The position numbers and the translations under genes are program-made. Source: Acidobacteriota bacterium (GTDB lineage Bacteria > Acidobacteriota > UBA6911 > RPQK01 > JANQFM01). From it: a stretch of 57,392 bases of DNA. The DNA is taken from positions 1 through 57,392 of the forward strand of contig JBFKLX010000005.1 of NCBI GenBank assembly GCA_041630155.1. The letters are read 5' to 3'. This document shows, piece after piece, positions 48,278 through 57,130 of this stretch (the stretch's first letter is position 1; every line of letters begins with the position of its first letter). The notes below the pieces were generated by a model. It did not search any database and was not told where the DNA came from. It worked only from the letters and a program-made list of their open reading frames with translations.

Positions 48278-51232
48278 ATGACTCACTCACACCGGAATTC
48301 ACATCGCACCCGTGCTGCTGCGGCTTTCGCCTTGCTAGTCGCAATCTTCATGCTGTCCGGCCGGGACGCCGCCGCCGCAATCGTGCCACGTTCCTTGTCG
48401 GCGGCCGAGGTGAGAGAGGTGCGGCAGACCCTCGAAAGCATGAAACTGGACCCCCGAGGGCCCTATCTTCGCATTCGCTGGTTTTGCAGGGACGGCACGG
48501 TTCAACCACCCGCCGGCACCCCGTGCCGGGAGCGCGGAGGCGGGGTCCAACACGCTGAGGTGAGCCCCAAAACGCAACGCCTGGCCGAATTGGGTTTTCA
48601 GGTGGGTACGATCCTCCAGGCCCTGGATTTCGATCAGTTCTTCGACCGGGACAACGATCACCGACTGCTCAAACAGCTGGTCCTGCAGGACTATCTCGGG
48701 CAAGTCGACGATGGATGGGTTCTTCGCGAAGCTCGCTTCTACAGAGGAGCTCGACAGATCGAGGACGAGGAGAGGCAAGGCGAAGCATTCCTGCGTCAGC
48801 TCCTGGCCCAGCCCGATTGGGTCGACCGGAATTTCCTGCTGGTGTTTCAACTGGCCGCGACTCTACCCCAACCGGACTGGACCGCGGGAAGCACCGAACG
48901 AGTTCGCAATCTGGCCACGGAGATCGCCAATCTGGACCCCAACTTTCAGAATCTCCGCAGCAAGATTCACTCCTTTCCCGAAGCCACGGACATCGAGCGT
49001 GTACGGGCCTTCCTGAATTCGAAGTCTCACCCGGCCGAGACGGGTGGCCGCTTGCGGGAGCTGGTGGCAACCATGGAGAAGCAGTACGACCCCGCTCGGG
49101 TCGTGGAACTGATTCGCCGGTCGGCCAGACGCCTGCCACAGCTCGAACAGCCCTTGACCGCCTTGATCGACCAGCTAGAGAAGGGCCGGCACCGCGAGGC
49201 CTTTCTGGGCATGGCCCGACTGGCGGAGGGATTGAGACGGCAAATTGCCTCCGAGGCCCTTGATCGAGACAATCTGCACCGCCTCAACCTGCTTCGGGTC
49301 CTGCTGGAAACGGCGTTTGGACTACCCGGGGAAGACTCGAAGCGGGCCCGGGAGACTCGACTCGCCCGCATCGAAGTCTGTGGGCCGTACTTTCAATTGG
49401 CGTTCGCGGCCGGTCTGCTCACGGATCGCGAGCTGCAGGCGCAGCGCCAGGAACTCACGGAGATTCGAGAGAAGGCGCCGGCTTTGCCGGCTCTCGAACT
49501 CAGACAACACCTGGCCTATCTCAGCCGGAGCCTCGACTGGGGGCAGGCTTCCATTCGCCAGACCTTCGGCCCCGAGTTCGACCACTTCCTACGGGTCGAG
49601 CCCAAAGTCTCCGGCTTCATGGACTCTCGCGTTCGGGGCTCGATCCTGCTGCCGCTTTCGGAGGTGCTCAGCAGCCTGACCCAGGACGTGGACGAGTCTT
49701 TGAACCAGTCTCATGTTCTTTGGGACCAGCCCATCAGCCACGGCTTGCGCGGCCTCAATCCAGGAGTGGCTCGAGCAGAGCTCTCCTTGGCGCACCAGAT
49801 CGACGAGCCGGACCCCACCAAGATCTACGTGATTCCCGACACAGTGGCGGACCTGCGGCCCATGGCCGGCATCCTGACCCTGGACGCTGGAAATTTGCTG
49901 TCCCACTCGCAACTGCTGGCACGCAACCTGGGCATTCCGAACGCCTCGGTCTCCCCCGCTTTGCTGCCCAGTCTGAAAGCACTGGAGGGCCGCCAGCTTT
50001 TTTACGCAGTCTCGCCGCTGGGGCGGGTGGTCATCAGAGACCCCGGCAGACTGGAAGGCTTCGAAAAGGAGTTGATCGCGAACATCACGCGAAACGCTCC
50101 GGCGAAAATCGACCTGGACATCTCCAGGGTCCAACTGCAGCGGGTCGAGCCTTTGCCGCTGAAACAGCTGCGGCTCTCGGATTCGGGGGTAGTGGTGGGT
50201 CCCAAGGCCGCCAACCTGGGCCAACTGGGAGCGCTCTTCCCTCGTCAGGTCGCCGAAGGCGTAGCGCTCCCCTTCGGGATGTTTCACCGTCACATCGACC
50301 GCCCTTACGAGGGGAAACAGAAGCTCACCGAAGAGATCCGAGCAGCTTACGATACTTCCCGCCGGATGGCAGAGGCCGGGCGAAGCCAGGTTGAGATCGA
50401 CCGCTTCATGTTCAACCGCCTCGATTACTTCCGAAGGGCAATCCTCGAGCTGCCTTGGCTTCCCGATCTTCGCGCAATGGTGGAAAGAGCGGTCCGCAAC
50501 CTGCCCGATTACCAAAAAGGTGTGTTCGTGCGCAGCGATACCAACGCCGAAGACCTGCCGCACTTTTCGGGAGCCGGCCTGAACTTGACCCTGCCACACC
50601 GCAAGAACATGGAGTCGATCCTCGGCGGGATCAAGAGGGTATGGGCATCGCCGTTCAGCGAGAGGGCCTATCTGTGGAGGAGGGAGATCCTGAACTCGCA
50701 GGAAAAAATCTTTTGCTCCGTACTCCTGTTGCGCAGCGTTCCCAGCGCCGAGTCGGGAGTGCTGATCACCGCCGGCCTGGAGGCCGGGGAGGCCGACAGC
50801 CTCACTGTCGTCACGGCGGAAGGGGTGGGTGGAGCGGTCGACGGCCAGAGCGCTGAAACCCTGTCGATCCTGCCGTCGGGTGAGACCAAACTGCTCTCTT
50901 CCGCCAAGGCCCCTTATCGAAGAGGGCTCAGCGAAACCAGCGAGGGCGTCGAGATCCTGCCGGCCCGGAGAGACCAGTACCTCCTGAACGAGGCCAAGAT
51001 CCAGCAGCTCCAACGGGCCGTCCAGCGTTGGATGGCAACCCTCTCGGCTCAGCAACGCGGCCTGGTTTGGGACATCGAGTTCGGCTTCGTGGACGGCAAG
51101 CTCTGGCTCTTTCAAATCAGGCCTTTCGTCGGACACCTCAACACACGTATCATGGAGGTTTTGCGGGAGTACGATCGCGACCTGCTCGAGGCGGGTCAGC
51201 GAAAAATCTCCCTGGAGGAACCTTCTTCTTGA
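48278..51232 (+). CDS. Signal-peptide-bearing dikinase-like protein: helical N-domain, phospho-His swivel domain, C-terminal PPDK-type ATP-grasp
   Basis: Leader RTRAAAAFALLVAIFMLSGRDAAA; TLDAGNLLSHSQLLARNLGIP; GPKAANLGQL, FVRSDTNAEDLPHFSGAGLN and DIEFGFVDGKLWLFQIRP; no PEP/pyruvate TIM barrel. Confidence 0.85.
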   Translation: MTHSHRNSHRTRAAAAFALLVAIFMLSGRDAAAAIVPRSLSAAEVREVRQTLESMKLDPRGPYLRIRWFCRDGTVQPPAGTPCRERGGGVQHAEVSPKTQRLAELGFQVGTILQALDFDQFFDRDNDHRLLKQLVLQDYLGQVDDGWVLREARFYRGARQIEDEERQGEAFLRQLLAQPDWVDRNFLLVFQLAATLPQPDWTAGSTERVRNLATEIANLDPNFQNLRSKIHSFPEATDIERVRAFLNSKSHPAETGGRLRELVATMEKQYDPARVVELIRRSARRLPQLEQPLTALIDQLEKGRHREAFLGMARLAEGLRRQIASEALDRDNLHRLNLLRVLLETAFGLPGEDSKRARETRLARIEVCGPYFQLAFAAGLLTDRELQAQRQELTEIREKAPALPALELRQHLAYLSRSLDWGQASIRQTFGPEFDHFLRVEPKVSGFMDSRVRGSILLPLSEVLSSLTQDVDESLNQSHVLWDQPISHGLRGLNPGVARAELSLAHQIDEPDPTKIYVIPDTVADLRPMAGILTLDAGNLLSHSQLLARNLGIPNASVSPALLPSLKALEGRQLFYAVSPLGRVVIRDPGRLEGFEKELIANITRNAPAKIDLDISRVQLQRVEPLPLKQLRLSDSGVVVGPKAANLGQLGALFPRQVAEGVALPFGMFHRHIDRPYEGKQKLTEEIRAAYDTSRRMAEAGRSQVEIDRFMFNRLDYFRRAILELPWLPDLRAMVERAVRNLPDYQKGVFVRSDTNAEDLPHFSGAGLNLTLPHRKNMESILGGIKRVWASPFSERAYLWRREILNSQEKIFCSVLLLRSVPSAESGVLITAGLEAGEADSLTVVTAEGVGGAVDGQSAETLSILPSGETKLLSSAKAPYRRGLSETSEGVEILPARRDQYLLNEAKIQQLQRAVQRWMATLSAQQRGLVWDIEFGFVDGKLWLFQIRPFVGHLNTRIMEVLREYDRDLLEAGQRKISLEEPSS

Positions 51233-52518
51233 TGTGCGTGCGCACCTTCATTCGATCGATTCTGCTGCTGGGGATGTTCGTCTCGGTCACTGCTGCCCTC
51301 CCCGGGTATCCGCTGGACGGATACGTACACACGGGCATCCGCCGCCTCAAGGCCTACGACCTCATCCAGCAAGGCAAGCTGGCCGGGCATTTCCGCCTCC
51401 AGCCGGGCGCTCTGCTGGGCAGCGACCGGATCCTGCTGCGCCTGGCCGACACCAATCCCGATTTCGACATCTCGCCGGCCTCCCAGCCCGACCCAAACCT
51501 GCAGTCGGCCTTGGACAAGTTGTTTCAGTCGCGTGACCAGTCCTATCGGGCGGCGGTGCTGGACATCACCGATCCTGCTCAACCGCGCTACGCTCAAATC
51601 CGGGGCGACCAAGGCTACATTCCCGGCAGCGTGGGGAAGCTGTTGGTCATGACGGGGTTGTTCGAGCAGCTGCGCCTCCGTCATCCCGGTGAGATCGAAA
51701 GCCGGGAAAGGCTCCTTCGCGAGACCCAGATCGTAGCGGACCGATTCGTCATTCCCAACAGCCATGCGGTCCCGGTGGTGGGTCCCGACTTCACCTCCAT
51801 CGTGCATCGCTCGATTCAGATCGGGGATCGCTTCAGCCTGTGGGAGTGGCTCGATCACATGATCTCCCCCAGCTCCAATGCCGCCGCGTCCATGGTGTGG
51901 AAGCAGGCCCTTCTGATGGACGCTTTCGAAGCGGGATACCCGATCAGCCCGGAGAGAGAAGCCGCCTATCTGGCCAGCACGCCTGGCCAGCAGCTCAGCG
52001 AACGTGCCATCGAAGTGATTGAGACTCCTCTCCGGAGGGCCGGCCTCGATCCGGAGAGCTTCCGTGTGAGAACGTTCTTCACGGCGACTGCTTCACGAGC
52101 CATTCCCGGAAAATCGAGCACCTGCACCCCGAACCAAATCCTGCGCTGGTTGATCAAGCTGGAACAGGGCCGGCTGGTCGACCGCTGGAGCAGTCTCGAG
52201 ATGAAGAAGCTCATCTACTTCACTCGCCGCCGCTACCGTTACGCCTCCGCCCCGGCACTCAACCGCGCCGCTGTCTTCTTCAAATCGGGCTCCCTCTATC
52301 GCTGCGCCCCCGAGGAAGGCTACAAATGCGTCCAGTACCAGGGCAATGTGGAGAACTTGATGCATTCGGTCGCCATCGTGGAGTCTCCGCGAGAGAATGC
52401 GCCTCCCCTGGTCTATTTGGTCTCAATCATGTCGAACGTGCTCAAAGTGAATTCCGCTCAGGAGCACCAACGACTCGGTGCCGAGATCGAGCGTCTGATC
52501 CAGCAGCGGAATTCTTAG
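51232..52518 (+). CDS. Exported class-A beta-lactamase-fold serine hydrolase
   Basis: TGATG overlap with the dikinase; signal peptide; SxxK (GSVGK), SxN (SSN) and KSG motifs. Confidence 0.82.
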   Translation: MCVRTFIRSILLLGMFVSVTAALPGYPLDGYVHTGIRRLKAYDLIQQGKLAGHFRLQPGALLGSDRILLRLADTNPDFDISPASQPDPNLQSALDKLFQSRDQSYRAAVLDITDPAQPRYAQIRGDQGYIPGSVGKLLVMTGLFEQLRLRHPGEIESRERLLRETQIVADRFVIPNSHAVPVVGPDFTSIVHRSIQIGDRFSLWEWLDHMISPSSNAAASMVWKQALLMDAFEAGYPISPEREAAYLASTPGQQLSERAIEVIETPLRRAGLDPESFRVRTFFTATASRAIPGKSSTCTPNQILRWLIKLEQGRLVDRWSSLEMKKLIYFTRRRYRYASAPALNRAAVFFKSGSLYRCAPEEGYKCVQYQGNVENLMHSVAIVESPRENAPPLVYLVSIMSNVLKVNSAQEHQRLGAEIERLIQQRNS

Positions 52519-52543
52519 AAATTTGAGGTCGAAAAGCATTCCT

Positions 52544-53500
52544 ATGAAATCATTCCTTGTCCTCACTTTGCTTCTGTCTTGCCTCGTCGCTTTTGCGCCG
52601 GCAGGGCCAGCCCAATCGTCCCCGTCCCGTTCTCTGGTGCTTCCGCCTCCGGACCCCGAGCTGCAGGCGGGCCTGGATGCAGCTCTGGACCAGCCGCCGT
52701 TTCGCAAGTTGATCCGGCAGGGACGCCTCTCGGTGGCGCTGGTGGATTTGTCCAATGGCGAACTGAGGTTTTCCGGAGTCGACCAGGACAAGATGCGCTA
52801 CGCCGCCAGCCTGCCCAAGATTGCCGTGCTGCTGGCGGTCTTCGAGGAAATCGATGCGGGAAGACTGGAATACACTCCGCAGCTGCAGAAGAGCCTCGCG
52901 CGGATGATCCGATTTTCGAGCAACCGGGCGGCCAGCGATCTCATCGCTTTGGTCGGCTTTGAGAGGATCGCTGAGATCCTCCGCGATCCCGCCTACGAGC
53001 TGTACGACCCCCGGCGCAAGGGCGGCCTCTGGGTCGGCAAGGACTACGGGGGGAGTCTGGGCCGCTGGAAGCGTGATCCGCTGAACCAGATTTCGCACGG
53101 GGCGACCGCGCGCCAGGTGGCTCGCTTCCTGGTCATGCTGGAGGAGGGATTGCTCGTCAGCCCCCGAGCCAGTCAGCAGATGAAGGAAATCATGTCCCAG
53201 CCGGGGATCCGTCACAAGTTCGTCAAAGGACTGGCCTCCCGGCCGGATGCCAAGATTTTCCGAAAATCCGGATCTTGGAGGGATTGGCATTCGGATGCCG
53301 CCATCGTGGAGGCGAAAGGGCGCAAGTATGTGGCTGTGGCCCTGATGGAGAGCTCTGCAAAGAATGTCCTCTCACGCCTCATCGTGGCGTTGGACGACCT
53401 GATCCAGGCCGAAAACCAGGAACAGTTGGCCGCCTCTGGCGAGAAGCAGCCGGCCGTGGATCTGCTGGCTCCCAAGGTGGCCGCCTCGCCGATTCCTTGA
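52544..53500 (+). CDS. Exported class-A beta-lactamase-fold serine hydrolase
   Basis: Signal peptide MKSFLVLTLLLSCLVAFAPA; SxxK (ASLPK), SxN (SSN) and KSG motifs. Confidence 0.85.
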   Translation: MKSFLVLTLLLSCLVAFAPAGPAQSSPSRSLVLPPPDPELQAGLDAALDQPPFRKLIRQGRLSVALVDLSNGELRFSGVDQDKMRYAASLPKIAVLLAVFEEIDAGRLEYTPQLQKSLARMIRFSSNRAASDLIALVGFERIAEILRDPAYELYDPRRKGGLWVGKDYGGSLGRWKRDPLNQISHGATARQVARFLVMLEEGLLVSPRASQQMKEIMSQPGIRHKFVKGLASRPDAKIFRKSGSWRDWHSDAAIVEAKGRKYVAVALMESSAKNVLSRLIVALDDLIQAENQEQLAASGEKQPAVDLLAPKVAASPIP

Positions 53501-53566
53501 GTGCTCCAACGCAGAGCCGGACCAATCGTGAGCCAGGCGGCTCGGCGCCTTTCGGGCAACCCACGG

Positions 53567-54838
53567 CTACGACCAGCGCTCCGTCAAGTACGGTTTTTCG
53601 GTTTCGAAACCGTCGCAGAGCTGTTCGATCAACTTTTCGGCTTCATAGGTCGGCATATCTCGGGTCTCTCGTACGAAGGAGCCGGTCCGTCCAAAGTAGA
53701 GAGGCACCATGGAGAGCATGACGCGATCCAGCGTCTCCTGCGACTTGTCGGATCGATGGTACGCCAGGGCGTAGTCCCAGACTACGCGGATCCAGGTTTG
53801 GCCTGGAAAGTCGAATCTCGAGGTGGGAAGCTTCGCAATTGCGGCCAGTTCCCTGAGTCGCTCAGCGGGCAGGAACGAGCCCAGGAACTCGCGATTCTCC
53901 TGAAACCCGGCCCGGAATCGTGCGACCATCGCCTCCAGGTCGACTCGAATCTCCTCCGGATACACTTCCGACCGGAAGCCGAAGAGCGCCGTGGGGCGAC
54001 TCTGCTCCACCCGTTGCCACTTGTCCTGGTAGCGCTCCATGAGGCGAAACATGGTTCCGATGACTTGCTGGAACATCGGGCCCAGCGAATGGGAAGGATC
54101 TTTGGCGTCATGAATCTTGGCGCCGAGGAAGGCTTGACAGATCCGGTAGCCCTCGCAGATAGCCTTGGTGCTCATCCAGATGTCGATGCCGTAGCGAGCG
54201 ATATCGGTACCCCAGATGTCGCGGGACAGGTAATGCTCGGCCAGTGCTCCGGAAAAGCCGAAGTCGCCTCCAATCGGCTGGCGCATCCGGACACCATAGA
54301 GCGATCGAGTGACCGGATAAATGATGCTGTTGGTGATGGTGCCGTCGTATTTGTAGCGAGAATACCAGGGCGCCACGAAATCATAGCCCTTGAGCAGGAT
54401 CGGGCCGGCCAGCAGCTCCACCCATTCGGGTGTGATGCTGCGAAGATCCGAGTCCACGACCAGGCAGGCTTTGGCGCCAAGGCGGACGGCCACTTCGAAG
54501 ATCGTGTGAAAGGCGCTCCCCTTCCCGGGCATGCCATGATAGGGGGTGACCAGCTTCTGAGCGGGGCGCACTTCGTGCTGGATCAGAATCGTATCCATGT
54601 CCCCGTAGACCGCCGTCCCTTCGACAATGTGCCTGGTCTGGTCGGTGGAGCCGCCATCGGAGTTGACCAGCACGGCCTTTTGTCGAGGAAAATACTTGGC
54701 CAGTCCGTACTCCACGGCCCGAACCACGTGCCGGATCGTCACCTCGTTGTTGAAGCTGGGTATACCGACGACGATGTCGGCGGTCGTGATCTGCTCGACT
54801 TTGAGCTGCGTTTCGTGTGAAAGCACCGTTTCTTGCAT
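53567..54838 (-). CDS. GT-A glycosyltransferase, glucosylglycerate/mannosylglycerate synthase-like
   Basis: VGIPSFNNE, NSDGGSTD, PGKGSA, VDSDLRSI, RQPIGGDFG and YGIDIWMS motifs; start moved to ATG 54838. Confidence 0.8.
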   Translation of the reverse strand: MQETVLSHETQLKVEQITTADIVVGIPSFNNEVTIRHVVRAVEYGLAKYFPRQKAVLVNSDGGSTDQTRHIVEGTAVYGDMDTILIQHEVRPAQKLVTPYHGMPGKGSAFHTIFEVAVRLGAKACLVVDSDLRSITPEWVELLAGPILLKGYDFVAPWYSRYKYDGTITNSIIYPVTRSLYGVRMRQPIGGDFGFSGALAEHYLSRDIWGTDIARYGIDIWMSTKAICEGYRICQAFLGAKIHDAKDPSHSLGPMFQQVIGTMFRLMERYQDKWQRVEQSRPTALFGFRSEVYPEEIRVDLEAMVARFRAGFQENREFLGSFLPAERLRELAAIAKLPTSRFDFPGQTWIRVVWDYALAYHRSDKSQETLDRVMLSMVPLYFGRTGSFVRETRDMPTYEAEKLIEQLCDGFETEKPYLTERWS

Positions 54839-54879
54839 GATTTTATGACTGTCTGGAGGAGCCCCTGACGATCTCTCCC

Positions 54880-56115
54880 TCAACCGAGTGAACGGGCGGC
54901 AATCCAACTCCCGGCCAGGAAAGTGCCCAGGACGCTGCCGATGTTTGAAAATGCCACGACGAGCAGGATGCGGCTGGCCGGATTGCTCCAAAAGCCTTTC
55001 ACGTTGGTGATGGCTTCCGGGAGCGCCTCCAGATCGTCCACTGTGGGCTTCTTGACGAACGCCTGAACCAGGCCGCTCACCCAACCGGCCGCCATCAGTG
55101 GGTTCAGGCTGGTCAGCGGGGCCGCCAGGAAAGCCGAGAGCACGCTGAGTGGGTGGCCCCACGCCAGGGCGGCTCCCAGGGCACTCAACGAGCCGTTGAC
55201 GGCGAACCAGATCCAGATGGATCGGATCGACTCCTCCGCACCCCGGGTGAAGAATCCGTACACCAACAGGCCTACGATCAGAACCGGAATACCCCACTGC
55301 AGGAGCTTGGGGAAGAACGCCGATTGGGGCAGGGCCTCCAGAGGCTCCAGCGGATGGTCGCGGAAGATGGCCTCTCGAATGCCGGCCACGTGCGCGGCGC
55401 CGACCGGGGCGACGATCTTCCCGCCTTCGGCCTGGCGCAGCTTTTGAGCCATGTAGACGTCACGCTCAACCACCAGTGTTTCTTTCAAGGCTGGAAACTC
55501 GACGGCCAGCATCTGCAGAGCGTCCTGGATGTTCTGGTGCTGCTTCAATTCCTCGATGATGCGTTCGTCGACCTCTTCGTCAATGAAGAGGCTTCCGAGC
55601 AGATGGAACACCATGCGCAGTTTGTCTTTCCAACCCAGGCGTCTCCAAGCTCGTTTCAGTGTGGTCTGAATGTCCCGATCCAGCAGCTCCAAGCGCATGT
55701 CGTTGGCCTCGGCCAGCCGAATCGCTTCCGCCATTTCGGCACCCGGCCGCACCCCCAGACGATCCCCGATGCGCCGCTGGAACGACGACATGATCAGCGA
55801 GGCCAGGAGCAGGAGCGCCTTGCCCTCCCGCACCACCTTGACGACATCCGTTTTCTTCCACTCCCGGGCGCGCTTCAGGTTGACGTAACGTGCCTGGCAC
55901 AGCTCCACACACACCGTGTCGGGCCGGACCGCCTCGATCACGCGCGCGACCTCATCGACACTCTTTTGAGAAACGTGGGCAGTGCCGACCAGATAGACCT
56001 CTTTGCCCCCCAGCCGAATCAGCTGCACCGAATCGGGCAGTTCGGGCAAATCGCTTGCCGGCTCGGAGACTGGACTGGCCATCTCGGGGCGATCGTCCGG
56101 AGGACTGTGTGACAT
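54880..56115 (-). CDS. TraB/PrgY/GumN-family membrane protein
   Basis: LVGTAHVS, PDTVCVELC, RPGAEM, ERDVYMA and VGAAHV motifs, plus C-terminal TMs. Confidence 0.92.
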   Translation of the reverse strand: MSHSPPDDRPEMASPVSEPASDLPELPDSVQLIRLGGKEVYLVGTAHVSQKSVDEVARVIEAVRPDTVCVELCQARYVNLKRAREWKKTDVVKVVREGKALLLLASLIMSSFQRRIGDRLGVRPGAEMAEAIRLAEANDMRLELLDRDIQTTLKRAWRRLGWKDKLRMVFHLLGSLFIDEEVDERIIEELKQHQNIQDALQMLAVEFPALKETLVVERDVYMAQKLRQAEGGKIVAPVGAAHVAGIREAIFRDHPLEPLEALPQSAFFPKLLQWGIPVLIVGLLVYGFFTRGAEESIRSIWIWFAVNGSLSALGAALAWGHPLSVLSAFLAAPLTSLNPLMAAGWVSGLVQAFVKKPTVDDLEALPEAITNVKGFWSNPASRILLVVAFSNIGSVLGTFLAGSWIAARSLG

Positions 56116-56327
56116 TCTTTCCTCGTTTCAAGCCTGAAAGCTCTCGATTTTACCAGCAAGGGCGGGAAAGGTGGTGGGAAAGCGCCCCGCTGGAGGGACT
56201 CCCGGCAAGTGCCGCGAGCCGCCAACCAGCGGGGAGGTCAGTGACTCGACTCTATTAGACTTTGGCGGCGCGGGTTCGTTCTCAGCACGCCGAACGACGG
56301 TCCGGAAACCAACAAAAGTACCCGTCA

Positions 56328-57008
56328 TCAGACCGAATCACTCTCTTTCCAAAGGGAAACCTCGGACAGGGATTTACGCCTCAGGTCGGGCACTTTTGCG
56401 TCCCCAGCCGGAAAGCCAATCGGAAAGAGTATGTAGGGCCGCTCATTCCTGGGACGCTCCAGCAACTCACTGAGAAACCCCATGGGGCTCGGCGTGTGCG
56501 TCAGCGTCACCAACCCCATGTGATGCAACGCCACGATGAAAAGCCCGCAAGCGATGCCCACGCTTTCCTGCACATAGTAGTTTTTTCGCCTGCTGCCGTC
56601 CGGATTGCGGCCGTGCAACTCCGCGAACACGACGACCAGCCAAGGGGCGGTTTCCAGAAAAGGCTTCCTCCAGGTCGTACCCAAGGGTGCCAGGGCCTCG
56701 AGCCATTCCGGAGGCATGCGGCCCTGATACGAAATCTTCTCCTCTTTTTCGGCTGCGATTCGGATTTGTCGTTTCAGGCTGGGATCGCTGACGGCCACGA
56801 ATCTCCAGGGCTGGCGGTGGGCGCCCGAAGGAGCTGTGGAAGCGGTCCGGATCGCCAGCTCGATCAACTCACGGGGGACGGGATCGGGAGCCAGGTCGCG
56901 AACGCTGCGGCGACCGTCCATTTCTGCGTAGAAGGAGCGCGCCCTCTCCAGCATCACAGCCTCGGGAAGAGGTTCGTGTCGCAAGGGTATGAACGGGTAT
57001 TTCGTCAT
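56328..57008 (-). CDS. Iodotyrosine deiodinase-like flavoprotein (nitroreductase superfamily)
   Basis: RRSVR, TAPSGAHRQPW, AEKEEKISY, LAPLGT..RKPFLE, YYVQESVGIA and LTHTPSPM motifs; start ATG 57008. Confidence 0.85.
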   Translation of the reverse strand: MTKYPFIPLRHEPLPEAVMLERARSFYAEMDGRRSVRDLAPDPVPRELIELAIRTASTAPSGAHRQPWRFVAVSDPSLKRQIRIAAEKEEKISYQGRMPPEWLEALAPLGTTWRKPFLETAPWLVVVFAELHGRNPDGSRRKNYYVQESVGIACGLFIVALHHMGLVTLTHTPSPMGFLSELLERPRNERPYILFPIGFPAGDAKVPDLRRKSLSEVSLWKESDSV

Positions 57009-57130
57009 GCTTCGAGGCTCCTTCGCGCCCGCTGACTGCCAGGGAGCCCGCCTCTGCGCACTCGGCTCGCGCCAACGAGGCGCCAGGCGTTGCATCTCGG
57101 CAGCCCAAAAAAGCTGGAGAACCGGCCCTG

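Noticed and set aside
48278-51232. Annotation as PEP synthase or rifampin phosphotransferase
   Set aside because: Wrong domain order, no PEP-binding barrel, and a signal peptide is present.
54839-55297. 153-aa upstream extension of the glycosyltransferase ORF
   Set aside because: It overlaps the TraB gene in another frame; recognisable family motifs begin after ATG 54838.
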